This document shows positions 27,402 through 37,077 of a stretch of DNA of 64,000 bases, piece by piece. The translations under genes were made by a program, and so were the position numbers. Every line of letters starts with the position of its first letter. Positions within the stretch are counted from its first letter, which is position 1. Under the pieces are notes generated by a model. That model was given only the letters and a program-made list of their open reading frames with translations, did no database searches and was not told the origin of the DNA. The stretch lies in contig DATGZO010000006.1 in the NCBI GenBank assembly GCA_035297105.1, positions 5,415 through 69,414 of the forward strand, given 5' to 3'. The stretch is from Thermoplasmata archaeon (GTDB lineage: Archaea; Thermoplasmatota; Thermoplasmata; Lutacidiplasmatales; UBA184).

Positions 27402-30400
27402 ATGGCCGACCGTCGAGCAGTTCTGCTGGGCACCGCCTTGGTGACTTTGATCATGGTCCTGTCTGCGATGGGACTCCTCCTCGTGGTGGCTCCGCCCGCG
27501 GGCGCCCACTCGACGGCCGTGTCCGTCGTCACAACGGGTGCGCCCGCGCGGATGGCGGCGGGCGGGACTTCGAGCCCTCCGACATCGGCGGGCCCGGCCA
27601 GCCGACTCAATGTGCCGGCGACCTCGACGACCCTGAGCCCTCTCGCTGAGAAGGTGCTCACCTCGGCCCATGCCCAAGGCATTCCGAACCGGGACGTCTT
27701 CGTTCCCCGTGCCGGAGCCACTCCCGCCCAGGAGGCTCGTGCCGGGGCCCAGGGCCACGTGACCCCGTTGTACGGCCAGTACTCCCCGGCCCCAATTGGG
27801 CTCGCCGATTACGGTCTCTCCGCGAACACGAACGGCAACGGGAGCATCGTCCCCTCGATCCTCAACACCTCGGCTCTCCTTGCGACGTTCGCCCCGAACG
27901 CCACCGGCGTTCTCGCGGCCTACCCCTTCGACAGCTCGCCAGACGCCTACGGCGTACAATTGAACGCCGTGAGCACGGCGATCAACCTGTTCGGAAACTC
28001 CAGCTACTCGTTCTGGACGCAGAACGTCGCCGAGTTCTACCCGACCTCGGGGACGCTCTACCTCGTCACCAATGTCTGGAACTTCTCCGGAGCATCCATC
28101 TCGGGCAACGCATTCTACACCACGGGGACGCTGGGGACCGACAACTCGGCGTCCTACGGGTCGGCCGGATTCTACTACTCCGAGTACATCGTCACCGGTC
28201 TCTCGTATCCGTTCACCCTGAATTTGTACATGAACAGCACGCTGAACTCGACTCGGAACATGGTCACGTTCTCCGTCGGGATCAACGACCCAAGCAACCC
28301 CGGCGTGTCAGGCGGTTACCCCTACGACTACGTCGTGTTCAACTCGTCCGCGGCGGTCCAGTCGAACTACGAGGCGAACGGCTTCACGTACAACGCCCTT
28401 GGCCTGACCAACGACTTCGAGGTCATCCTCGGAGGGCCGGGCGGCGGCGCCACCTCGGACCTGTTCGATGCGGACGCCAACCTCTCCCTCCAGTACTGGA
28501 ACGCCAGCGCGGGCTCCTACGAAGAAGTCCCGACGGCGTTCTCGTATGGCGGCGAGACGGGGGAGACGGTCACCGGCGCCAACGTGGCCTGGGCGATCAA
28601 CTCCACGGGTTCTCCCTACGGGGTCGTCACGACAGGGCCTGGCATCCTGGAAGGACTGTGGAACGCCACGGGCGCCCAGGGCGCCTACCCGGTCACCCTC
28701 GACATCACTCCATCGAACGCGTTCTACTTCGTAGCGCCGAACTGGACGAGCAACTTCACGTATGAAGGGGACCCGTACTGGGCGCCGCAGGAGTTGAACG
28801 GCGGGGTCTTCTACCTCGCTCCCGGGAACTACAACATCAGCATCCTACTGAGCGACTACGACCCGGTGTACACGAATTTCATCGTGACGTCGGCCGGTGT
28901 GACCATCACCATGACCCTGACGGCCGACGCGTCGATGGGCATCTACGCCCCCTTATACTTCTGGAACAACAATCAGTTCGCCGCGTTGTCTAGCAGTGGA
29001 TCCGGCACTCCCTCGAGCCCGTGGCAGATCGACAACACTCAGACGCTGGCGTTCCCCTCGGTGTTCGGTCTGTTCAATGACTACACGTTCCCCGTGTTCA
29101 CGGGCGTGTTCATCTGGGGCACGACCGACTCCGTGGTCCTGAACGACATGCCCGCGCTGACGACTGGGTCGCCCTACATCAACTTCCCGGCCACGAACGA
29201 CCTCGGGTACATCTTCTACTACGCGTCGAACATCGCGCTCGTCAACTCCACCCAGATCAGCGGATGGTTCACGACGAACGTGGCCTCCGGGATCGGGTAC
29301 GGGTTCATTGGGAACTATTACGCGACGTTCAGCGTCCTCGAGTGGGAGTCGACCGGAATGCTGTTCTCGGGCGACACCTTCCAGGTCCAGGCGGGCGGCA
29401 TCTACGCCGCCGACGGGACCTCGAACACGTTCTGGGGCAACACGTTCGAGGATGTCGCGATCCCGACGTTCGCGGCGTGCGCGACGTTCCACATCTGCGC
29501 CGAGAACCTGAGCCTCGGCCTCCAGCTCGCCGAGGGCGGCGACACGGTCTACAACAACGCGTTCAACCTGCCGGACCCCGCGTCGGAACCGCCGTTCGAC
29601 CTGTACACGGGCTCTGAAGTGCTCTGGACCAACACCTGGAACATCACCCCGACCCCCGCTGCGACCGTCAACTACGCGGCCGGCTGGCCGGACTTTCCCC
29701 TGACTGGGACGATCATCGGCAACGCGACCCAGGGCGGCAACTACTGGTCGAATTACGGTAACAGCGCCAACCCCACCGGCATGCTCCCGTACAACAACAG
29801 CCAGCCGACGGGCGCACCCTACGGGCAGATCTACAATGGGGGCGACTACTACCCGCTGGTCTACACCTACTACGCGGTCACCTTCACCGAGTCGGGCCTC
29901 ACGGCCGGTACCATGTGGACGGTCACGCTGAACAGCGTGGCCCAACACTCGTCGGGAACGACCATCGTGTTCAACGAGATCAACGGCGTGTGGCCCTTCA
30001 CCGTCTCGCTCGTGAGCGGCTACCACGCGCCCGTCCCCGCCACCGGGTCGATCACGGTGAACGGTGCGGCGACCGGACAGACGGTCACCTTCACGGCGAT
30101 CGCCCCGCCCCCGACGTATACCGCGACGTTCACGGAGACCGGGCTGGCGGCCTCGACCAATTGGTCGGTGACGTTCAACTCGGTCGTGTACTATTCGACG
30201 ACCGGTACCATTAGCATCTCGGGACTGGCGAACAATACGTACCCGTGGACCCTCAGGGCCCAGACCGGCTTCACGGCGAACCAGACCACCGGCAACGTGG
30301 TGATCGCGGGCGCGGACGTGGCGACCTTCATCGGGTTCACGGCCGTGACCCCGGCGACCTACACGGTGACGTTCACCGAGACGGGCCTCCCGTCGGGAGC

Positions 30401-30815
30401 CAGCTGGACCGTGACGCTCGCGGGCACTCCGAGTACCCAGACGACGGCGTCCATCACGTTCTCGGGTCTCGTGAACAACACCTATGCCTACACCCTCGGA
30501 GCCGTGACGGGCTACACGTCCTCGGTCACCTCGAGCTCGGTGATCGTGGCCGGTGCCTCCAAGACCGTGGGCGTGACGTTCACCGCGTCGAGCAGCCCCC
30601 CGCCGTCCGGCTCGGGTAGCAGCAGCGGCCTGTCCACGCTGGACTGGATCATCATCGGCGTCGTGATCGCGGTCATCATCATCGCCCTGATCATCGCGCT
30701 CGCCATGCGCGGCCGGTCGGGCGGCGGTGGGTCGAACACCGGAAGTTCCCCGAAGGAAGAGTCGGGGGACAGCTCGAACATGGACGACGGCTCGTCCGGC
30801 GGGGGCTCTGCGTAG
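27402..30815 (+). CDS. large N-glycosylated surface protein: signal peptide, thermopsin (peptidase A5)-like N-domain, four tandem ~85-aa Ig-like repeats, Ser/Pro linker, C-terminal TM anchor
   Basis: MADRRAVLLGTALVTLIMVLSAMGLLLVVAPPAGA signal. The N-domain (...PIGLADYGL...FWTQNVAEFYP...) resembles archaeal thermopsin-family proteases, but this assignment is from memory of the family. Repeats are of the type YTVTFTETGLPSGASWTVTLAGTPS...ITFSGLVNNTYAYTLGAVTGYTS. The C-terminus is ...SSGLSTLDWIIIGVVIAVIIIALIIALAMRGRSGGGG.... Confidence 0.6.
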   Translation: MADRRAVLLGTALVTLIMVLSAMGLLLVVAPPAGAHSTAVSVVTTGAPARMAAGGTSSPPTSAGPASRLNVPATSTTLSPLAEKVLTSAHAQGIPNRDVFVPRAGATPAQEARAGAQGHVTPLYGQYSPAPIGLADYGLSANTNGNGSIVPSILNTSALLATFAPNATGVLAAYPFDSSPDAYGVQLNAVSTAINLFGNSSYSFWTQNVAEFYPTSGTLYLVTNVWNFSGASISGNAFYTTGTLGTDNSASYGSAGFYYSEYIVTGLSYPFTLNLYMNSTLNSTRNMVTFSVGINDPSNPGVSGGYPYDYVVFNSSAAVQSNYEANGFTYNALGLTNDFEVILGGPGGGATSDLFDADANLSLQYWNASAGSYEEVPTAFSYGGETGETVTGANVAWAINSTGSPYGVVTTGPGILEGLWNATGAQGAYPVTLDITPSNAFYFVAPNWTSNFTYEGDPYWAPQELNGGVFYLAPGNYNISILLSDYDPVYTNFIVTSAGVTITMTLTADASMGIYAPLYFWNNNQFAALSSSGSGTPSSPWQIDNTQTLAFPSVFGLFNDYTFPVFTGVFIWGTTDSVVLNDMPALTTGSPYINFPATNDLGYIFYYASNIALVNSTQISGWFTTNVASGIGYGFIGNYYATFSVLEWESTGMLFSGDTFQVQAGGIYAADGTSNTFWGNTFEDVAIPTFAACATFHICAENLSLGLQLAEGGDTVYNNAFNLPDPASEPPFDLYTGSEVLWTNTWNITPTPAATVNYAAGWPDFPLTGTIIGNATQGGNYWSNYGNSANPTGMLPYNNSQPTGAPYGQIYNGGDYYPLVYTYYAVTFTESGLTAGTMWTVTLNSVAQHSSGTTIVFNEINGVWPFTVSLVSGYHAPVPATGSITVNGAATGQTVTFTAIAPPPTYTATFTETGLAASTNWSVTFNSVVYYSTTGTISISGLANNTYPWTLRAQTGFTANQTTGNVVIAGADVATFIGFTAVTPATYTVTFTETGLPSGASWTVTLAGTPSTQTTASITFSGLVNNTYAYTLGAVTGYTSSVTSSSVIVAGASKTVGVTFTASSSPPPSGSGSSSGLSTLDWIIIGVVIAVIIIALIIALAMRGRSGGGGSNTGSSPKEESGDSSNMDDGSSGGGSA

Positions 30816-30836
30816 GGGTTCCGGCGAACCCAGGGC

Positions 30837-30862
30837 CAACCCTTTCCTTCCTTTCTCCTTCG
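30837..30862 (+). terminator. pyrimidine-rich 3' motif CCAACCCTTTCCTTCCTTTCTCCTTC
   Basis: It lies 22 nt after the stop of 27402..30815 and is shared with 22817..22841 and 35627..35650. Confidence 0.4.
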
Positions 30863-30965
30863 GTTCATCCGACCGGGCGACGGCCCTCTCAGGCCACCGG
30901 GCCACGGGCCGGCACCGGGGAAGAGCGGCGCGCGGATTCTGCAGGAATCGCCGAGGTCACGAGAC

Positions 30966-30973
30966 TTAAGTAG
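30966..30973 (+). promoter_or_regulatory. TATA-like box (CTTAAGTA) ~25 nt upstream of the ATG at 30998
   Basis: Same spacing as for the paralogous upstream gene. Confidence 0.35.
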
Positions 30974-30997
30974 CGAGCCCCGTTCGCAACGGTGAAC

Positions 30998-33900
30998 ATG
31001 GCCGACCGTCGAGCCGTACTGCTGGGCGCCGCTCTCGTAACCGTCCTCATGGTCCTCTCTTCGATGGGGCTCCTTTCGGGTCTTGCCGGAGCCACGGGCT
31101 CTCACCCGGCTACGGCGGCCACCGTTAGCGCCACCACGACCGTCTCGAGTTCGGTCGCCCCCGCACGGATCCCGGGCGGCTCGACCGGGTTCGGAGGCGG
31201 ACACTTCCTCCCGACCCCGACCGCCGCGAACGCCCCCACAACGACCCGGGCCGCCCCGTCCGTGGGTTCGGTCTCCCCGGTCGTCGCCAAAGTGGAGAGT
31301 CAGATCGCCAACCACCAGATCAATCCGTCGAGCGTCTTCCTCCCGAGCGCCTTCACCCACACCGGCGCCGCCCCAGCGTCGGGGATCTCTCCCACGTACC
31401 CCGGCACGCCGGCGCCAATGGGCCTCGCCGACCTCGGGGTCGGCGCGGGGGGCAATTACGAATACAACACGACCAGTTTCGCCTCATTCCTGACCCTCAA
31501 CAACTTCACCGACTACAACCCCGGTTATGCCGGGTGGGACGCCCCGCCGAACTACATGACGTTCCAGCTCAACACGGTCACGGTCAACGTCTCCTACCCC
31601 GGCGGTACGCACGGGGTCTTCTGGATCCAGAACGTCGCGCACTTCAACGGGACCGACCTCCAGTTCGAGAACAACATCTGGAACATGACCGCCGCCGGGG
31701 TCGGGCTCAATGCGGGAACTCTCGCGCCCGGATACCAGGGAACCCTCGTTGCCGGCGAATTCTACTACACGTACGGACCGCTCTTCCAGGTCCATTACCC
31801 TTTTTCGCTCAACCTGTACAACAACATCTCGACCGCCGGCGGCGTGCCAAGCGTCTACTTCAACTACACGATCACCAACGCGACCCTCGGCGGGTTCACC
31901 CAGAATTGGTCGGCGTACTACGACCACGTCACGTTCAACGGCAACCTGGTCTCGGGCGCTCCCCCCGAGTTCGAAGTGAACGGGTACAACTACAATCCCG
32001 CCGGCCTCCTCTGGGACGCCGAGCTCATCTTCGGCGGGAACGGGGGCGGCGCCAACGCGGTCATCACTCAGCTGAACGGTTCGGCCAACCTCGAGTCTTG
32101 GAACAACGTCACGAAGCAGTACACGAACGTCTCGTCCGCGTACGACTACGGTGAGGACACCGGCGAGACGGCCGTGGGCGTCGCGAGCTACTACCTCGGA
32201 ACCACCGAATACCTGAGCCAAGGTCCCTCGATCCTGTACGGGCTCTGGAACACGGCCAACTCCTCCTTCGGCCCGGCGGCCCTACCCGGCTGGATCTCCG
32301 TCACCTACGGCACGACCGTGAACTACGCGTTCAGCTTCTTCGAAACCGAGGACAATTACTACACCGCGGGCGACAACTGGAGCTACGCTCCCACGGACCT
32401 CGCCGGTATCGGGGTGACCCGACTCCCCCCTGTCTGGTCGAACAACGAGTACGACTTCGCCGCTTGGGCGGACGGATACGACCCGGTGAGCCCGCTCATC
32501 GTCGGGGGCAACACGACGGTAGAAGTCCTTCTCAACAGCGACCCGAGTGTGTTTAACGCCCCGGTCTACCTCAGCTCCGACGCGCAGGCGAGCAGCTTCG
32601 GATTCGCGGGGATCTACGGGGTCTCCTGGACGAGCATCTCCGGCGTCAGCAATCTTTCCATCAATGACAGTAAGGCGGCTATCGCTCCGGCGTTCCTCCA
32701 ACTGAACGATTTCCGGTTCGCCACGTTCTTCCTGGCCGCCGTGGATAACCTCACCACGTCGGTCTACCTCAACGGATTCCTCCAGGACCCCACAACTTTC
32801 AACTACAGCTTCTACGCGCACACCCTCCATCTCCCCGGTTGGACCCAGGGTTACTACTTCAACTACGGCTCGGGAATCTACACCGTCACCAACACGACCA
32901 TCACCGGTAACGCGGATGTTGAGTTCTGGAGCACGCTGTACAGCAGTGCCTCCAACATCGTGACGTCCGGCGACTCGTTCGGAGTCGACGTCCTCCAGGG
33001 GAACTACACGGAGTTCGACAACATCACGAGCGAGACCGGCGCCAACGCGATCGGCGTGATGAACTCCTACGAGGTCTTCGGGTACGATCTTTCGTCCAAC
33101 GGGACGGACGTGAACGCGGTGCCGAGCTGGGCGGCGTACCTGTTCGCCAGCCAGGACGTCTACCTGTTCACGACCACTACGACCAACGGCGCGCTCGGCA
33201 TTTACAGCGACCAAATCGAAAGCTTCTACTACGTAGGACTGACCGCCACCAACGCCTACGCGGCCCTGGAACTTCTGGACACCGGCTTCGGCGAGGTCAC
33301 CGACCTCCTCGTCAATCACTCCTACGGCGTCTACGCCGACCTCTACGGGTACGTCGACTTCTACAACTGGACGTTCACGAACGGCTCCTCGGGGGGCAAC
33401 CTGTTGGACGGCGTCGGCGGGGAATACGTGTACGGCCTCAACGTCGTGGACTCGAGTGGGCTATACCTGGAAGGGATCACGGGCCTGCTCGCCCACTTCA
33501 TCAACGCCTCGGGCCCCTCGAGCTACGGGATCGAAGCGTCAACGACCAACTACTCCTCCTTCTACAATGTGACCGCGGTCAACAACGCCGAAGGGGTCGT
33601 CGTCGAAGGGGGGCAGAACGTTTCGGCCGCGAACATTACCTCCCGCCTCGGTTCCTTCGGATTCGGGATCCTCGGCGCCCAGAATGTCACGGTCGCGAAC
33701 GTGACCGTCTCCGACGGCGCGGCGGGTGCGCTCGTGGAGAGCAGCGAGAACGTCACGGTCGCCAACGTCACCGTCTCGGGCGTGGGCGTCGGGGTCGGCG
33801 TGATCGCGGACGAGTACGTCCTGGTCGACAACGTCAACTCGACGGCGGCCACCCCCGGGCCGGAGTACTTCTCGACCACCCAGATCCGCAGCGCCCCCAA

Positions 33901-35605
33901 CGCGGCGGTCGCTTCCATCCACAATGAATACGCGGAGATCCTGCACGTTTCCGCGTACAACGCGGGTTTCGCCCTCGAGGACAACGGCTCGAACGAATTG
34001 CTCGCCGTGAACATCACGTCCTGGTATGCCCAAGTCGGTGTCCAGTTCAACGGGACGGTGAATGCCACCGTCGCGGAGGCGTTCCTGTTCGGGAGCGGCA
34101 TTGGTGTGGTGTTCCAGAACACGACGAACGTGGATCTCGAGGCGAGCACCTTGGAAGCTTCCGCCAGCTACGGGGTCTCGGTCGAGAACGGCAGCGAGAT
34201 CTTCGTTACCGCGAACAACTTCGTCGCCAACAACGGCGCCAGTACCAACGAGCACTTCGACATGTACATCTTGCAAGCCGCGTCCGTGGGGGCGACCTTC
34301 GTGTACTTCGACGTGTCGGGCGTCGGTAACTACTGGTCGGACTGGAACCCTGCAGGCGGATCCTATATCATCGCGTCCGGCGTGACCGACGGAAACCCCA
34401 GCGGGTACTTCATCACCAACTGGCTCGAATTCATGGAAACGGGTCTCCCCGCCTACACGACGTGGGGATTCACGCTGGACACGATCACCTACACGACCAG
34501 CGCTCCTCTCGTGTTCATCCCGAGCTGGTCGCTCGGGGACCCGAACCTCGGGTACGTGGTGGACCCCCCGGTGGGGTACACCCCGACCCCCGCCTCCGGG
34601 ACCGTCCCCTACACGGGGGTCAACACGACCGTGACGATCGCCTTCGCGGCTATCCCGTACACCGTGACGTTCGACGAATCGGGACTCGCGAGCGGGACTT
34701 CCTGGTCGGTTACGTTCGACGGAACGCCCCAGTCGGGGACGGGCAGTTCGATCGTATTCTCGAACGTCATCGTCGGAACCTACGCGTATACGATCGCCCC
34801 CGTACCCGGCTACACCGCCCTACCCACCAGTGGCTCGGTCACGCTGGCAGGATCGGACAAGACGGTCGATGCGGCGTTCACCGTGGTCACGTACGCGGTC
34901 ACCTTCACGGAGAGCGGGCTCGCGCCCGGTACCTCCTGGTCGGTCACGCTCGGATCGCAGACCACCCCCTCGACCACGAATACGATCCAGTTCGGCGAGC
35001 CGAATGAGACGTACACCTACACGATCGCCGCGGTGGCGGGCTACACCGCCAACGTGACCCACGGTTCGATAACGGTCCAGGGTCAGGCGAAGTCGGTATC
35101 GATCGCGTTCACCGCAGTGACCCCCGTGACCTACTCGGTGACCTTCTCCGAGACGGGACTCGCGACGGGATTGACCTGGTCGGTGACCTTCGCCGGGACC
35201 CCGAAGTCGGCGGCCGCCGGAGCGACCATCACCTTCGCGGGCCTCGCGAACAACACGTACTCCTACACGGTCGGAGCCGTCACGGGCTACACGTCGTCGG
35301 TCACCTCGAACTCGGTGATCGTGGCCGGCAACTCCCCGTCCGTGACCGTGACGTTCAGTGCGACAAGTAGTCCGCCACCGCCCGCCTCCTCCGGGAGCAG
35401 TGGCGGCCTGTCCACACTGGACTGGGCGATCATCGGCATCGTGATCGCGCTCCTCATCGTGGGAATGCTGGTGGCCCTGATGCGGCGCGGTCGGGGCGGA
35501 GCGGCTACGACCCCTGCCGCGGCCACGAACCCGCCACCCCCCAAGCCCTGGGACGAGGGAAGCGCGGGCCAATCCCCCCCGGACCCATCGGAAGGGACCC
35601 CCTAG
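30998..35605 (+). CDS. giant N-glycosylated surface protein (paralog of 27402..30815): thermopsin-like N-domain, parallel beta-helix repeat region, five tandem Ig-like repeats, TM anchor
   Basis: MADRRAVLLGAALVTVLMVLSSMGLL (the ORF track starts at GTG 30992; the ATG at 30998 matches the paralog). The N-domain has ...PAPMGLADLGV... Right-handed beta-helix-like repeats (NVTVANVTVSDGAAGALVESSENVTVANVTVSGVGVG). Five repeats of the form VTFTESGLAPGTSWSVTLGS...YTYTIAAVAGYTA. The C-terminus ...GGLSTLDWAIIGIVIALLIVGMLVALMRRGRGG... has a DNA-level 3' end ~85 percent identical to the paralog. Confidence 0.6.
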   Translation: MADRRAVLLGAALVTVLMVLSSMGLLSGLAGATGSHPATAATVSATTTVSSSVAPARIPGGSTGFGGGHFLPTPTAANAPTTTRAAPSVGSVSPVVAKVESQIANHQINPSSVFLPSAFTHTGAAPASGISPTYPGTPAPMGLADLGVGAGGNYEYNTTSFASFLTLNNFTDYNPGYAGWDAPPNYMTFQLNTVTVNVSYPGGTHGVFWIQNVAHFNGTDLQFENNIWNMTAAGVGLNAGTLAPGYQGTLVAGEFYYTYGPLFQVHYPFSLNLYNNISTAGGVPSVYFNYTITNATLGGFTQNWSAYYDHVTFNGNLVSGAPPEFEVNGYNYNPAGLLWDAELIFGGNGGGANAVITQLNGSANLESWNNVTKQYTNVSSAYDYGEDTGETAVGVASYYLGTTEYLSQGPSILYGLWNTANSSFGPAALPGWISVTYGTTVNYAFSFFETEDNYYTAGDNWSYAPTDLAGIGVTRLPPVWSNNEYDFAAWADGYDPVSPLIVGGNTTVEVLLNSDPSVFNAPVYLSSDAQASSFGFAGIYGVSWTSISGVSNLSINDSKAAIAPAFLQLNDFRFATFFLAAVDNLTTSVYLNGFLQDPTTFNYSFYAHTLHLPGWTQGYYFNYGSGIYTVTNTTITGNADVEFWSTLYSSASNIVTSGDSFGVDVLQGNYTEFDNITSETGANAIGVMNSYEVFGYDLSSNGTDVNAVPSWAAYLFASQDVYLFTTTTTNGALGIYSDQIESFYYVGLTATNAYAALELLDTGFGEVTDLLVNHSYGVYADLYGYVDFYNWTFTNGSSGGNLLDGVGGEYVYGLNVVDSSGLYLEGITGLLAHFINASGPSSYGIEASTTNYSSFYNVTAVNNAEGVVVEGGQNVSAANITSRLGSFGFGILGAQNVTVANVTVSDGAAGALVESSENVTVANVTVSGVGVGVGVIADEYVLVDNVNSTAATPGPEYFSTTQIRSAPNAAVASIHNEYAEILHVSAYNAGFALEDNGSNELLAVNITSWYAQVGVQFNGTVNATVAEAFLFGSGIGVVFQNTTNVDLEASTLEASASYGVSVENGSEIFVTANNFVANNGASTNEHFDMYILQAASVGATFVYFDVSGVGNYWSDWNPAGGSYIIASGVTDGNPSGYFITNWLEFMETGLPAYTTWGFTLDTITYTTSAPLVFIPSWSLGDPNLGYVVDPPVGYTPTPASGTVPYTGVNTTVTIAFAAIPYTVTFDESGLASGTSWSVTFDGTPQSGTGSSIVFSNVIVGTYAYTIAPVPGYTALPTSGSVTLAGSDKTVDAAFTVVTYAVTFTESGLAPGTSWSVTLGSQTTPSTTNTIQFGEPNETYTYTIAAVAGYTANVTHGSITVQGQAKSVSIAFTAVTPVTYSVTFSETGLATGLTWSVTFAGTPKSAAAGATITFAGLANNTYSYTVGAVTGYTSSVTSNSVIVAGNSPSVTVTFSATSSPPPPASSGSSGGLSTLDWAIIGIVIALLIVGMLVALMRRGRGGAATTPAAATNPPPPKPWDEGSAGQSPPDPSEGTP

Positions 35606-35626
35606 TACGACCGAGGGCGGCCGGGA

Positions 35627-35650
35627 CCAACCCTTTCTTTTCGTCTTTCC
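35627..35650 (+). terminator. pyrimidine-rich 3' motif CCAACCCTTTCTTTTCGTCTTTCC
   Basis: Third copy of the shared downstream element. Confidence 0.4.
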
Positions 35651-35785
35651 TGGCTTCGCTGGCGGTTGAAAGCCACGAGGGGCCGGAACACCACCCGCCG
35701 TGGATGGAATGCCCCCCCGCCTCAACAAAGAATCCAGGGGCGAGGGTTCGGAGGACGCACCCCCGCCCCGGAGGGGAGATTTCGG

Positions 35786-36070
35786 TCAGCAGGCGCCGCG
35801 TTCGACTACCTCTTCGCAGTGCGAGGCGGGCGTGACCTTGAGCGTCCCCATCTGGCCGAACGGGGCGAAGTAGTCGCGCACTTTCTTCTCGTTCTCTGCC
35901 TCCACGATCAGGTAGAGGTGGTGGCCGCCATTGGCGACTGCGTCGCCGTGGACCCGGATGCCGGCCTGGCCCGCGCTATGGATGATGGCCAGAAGGCCAG
36001 CCGCCATCTGCGGGTTCTGGGCGGGGCAGCGTTCGCCGGGGTGGGTATGCTCTGCGATGAAGAGCGCCAT
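35786..36070 (-). CDS. small conserved-looking hypothetical protein (possible metal-binding: HTHP..C..H..H..HC)
   Basis: MALFIAEHTHPGERCP...HHLYLIVEAENEKKVRDYFAPFGQMGTLKVTPASHCEEV is protein-like and compositionally balanced. The overlapping 150-aa plus-strand ORF is Arg/Gly-rich and judged spurious. Confidence 0.45.
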   Translation of the reverse strand: MALFIAEHTHPGERCPAQNPQMAAGLLAIIHSAGQAGIRVHGDAVANGGHHLYLIVEAENEKKVRDYFAPFGQMGTLKVTPASHCEEVVERGAC

Positions 36071-36157
36071 GGGCGAGCGTCAAAAAGGGGTGGGATAAGA
36101 GGGTCGAGTTGGGCGTAAATTCCGCCCACCTCCGACGGATTTCGACTCGGGCCGCCC

Positions 36158-36997
36158 CTACGCCCGACCCGGTGACCCCCGATGGTCAGCCGGTCGCCCT
36201 CGGGAGGGGTCCTCGAGCGTGCCGGAAAGTACCGTCACGGCCTCCCCTGAGATCGCGATCCGTCGACCCTCCACGCGGACCCGAAACATTCCCCCTCGTG
36301 GGGAGGCCTGATACCCCGTTACCTCGGATCGGCCCAACCGGGTGGCCCAGAAGGGTCCGAGGATGCACTGGATCGACCCGGTCACCGAATCCTCCGGGAC
36401 GCCGTAGTTGGGAGCGAAGAAGCGACAGAGGTAGTGGTACTCCTTCCGGTCCGAGAGGGCGGTCACCACGACGCCGCGGCAGGGGATCCGCGCGAGGGCG
36501 TCGTAGTCCGGGACGAGCTTCCGCAGCTTCGCCGCCGACGCGACTTGGACCAGGTAATCGAACCGGGCGCGGCCCACAAAGGAGAACGGGAGTGGGATTC
36601 CCTTCTGAAGTCCGGCGGGGGCCCGAACCGGCCGCACCGGGTCCGCGGGGAAGTTCAACTCGAGACCTGTCCCGGTTCGTCGGACCCGCAGCTCCCCGCT
36701 CTGGGTGGCGAAGCGCGCGGTCTCGTCGGGACCCAGGAAGCCCCGTTCGAACAGGACGTGGGCCGCCGCCAGGGTGGCGTGGCCACACAGTTCCACCTCG
36801 ACGGTCGGACTGAACCACCGGAGCCGGTACGTCTCGCCCTGTCGGTAGAGGAAGGCGGTCTCCGCGTGCTTCATCTCGGCCGCCACCGACTGCATCCAAG
36901 CCCGGGGTGCGGGGCCGTTGAGGAGGCACACTCCCGCCGGATTCCCCCGGAAGGGTCGGGCGGTGAAGGCGTCGACCACGAAGATGGGCACCGGCAT
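36158..36997 (-). CDS. PhzF-family (phenazine biosynthesis-like) epimerase/isomerase
   Basis: MPVPIFVVDAFTARPFRGNPAGVCLL...WFSPTVEVELCGHATLAAAHVL...EDSVTGS matches PhzF/DAP-epimerase-like fold signatures. Confidence 0.8.
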   Translation of the reverse strand: MPVPIFVVDAFTARPFRGNPAGVCLLNGPAPRAWMQSVAAEMKHAETAFLYRQGETYRLRWFSPTVEVELCGHATLAAAHVLFERGFLGPDETARFATQSGELRVRRTGTGLELNFPADPVRPVRAPAGLQKGIPLPFSFVGRARFDYLVQVASAAKLRKLVPDYDALARIPCRGVVVTALSDRKEYHYLCRFFAPNYGVPEDSVTGSIQCILGPFWATRLGRSEVTGYQASPRGGMFRVRVEGRRIAISGEAVTVLSGTLEDPSRGRPADHRGSPGRA

Positions 36998-37077
36998 GCC
37001 GACCCGAATCGCCGGGGTCTCTTATCACAGGAGGGTCCCGCGAGGGGATCCGGCCCTCCCCCGACTACGACCCGGGC

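Noticed and set aside
28953-30905. 650-aa minus-strand ORF rich in Arg/Gly/Asp
   Set aside because: Antisense to the 1137-aa surface-protein gene. Its repetitiveness reflects the sense-strand tandem domain repeats.
27402-35605. Periodic ~250-nt DNA repeats that could superficially suggest a CRISPR array or satellite
   Set aside because: The repeats are in-frame coding repeats of Ig-like domains (VTFTESGL...SW.VT...), with unequal spacing and divergent units. They have no short direct repeat plus unique spacer structure. No CRISPR array was found anywhere in the window.
35666-36118. 150-aa plus-strand ORF overlapping the 94-aa minus-strand ORF
   Set aside because: Arg/Gly-rich, low-complexity translation. 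The minus-strand product is compositionally balanced and protein-like, so the minus-strand ORF is preferred.
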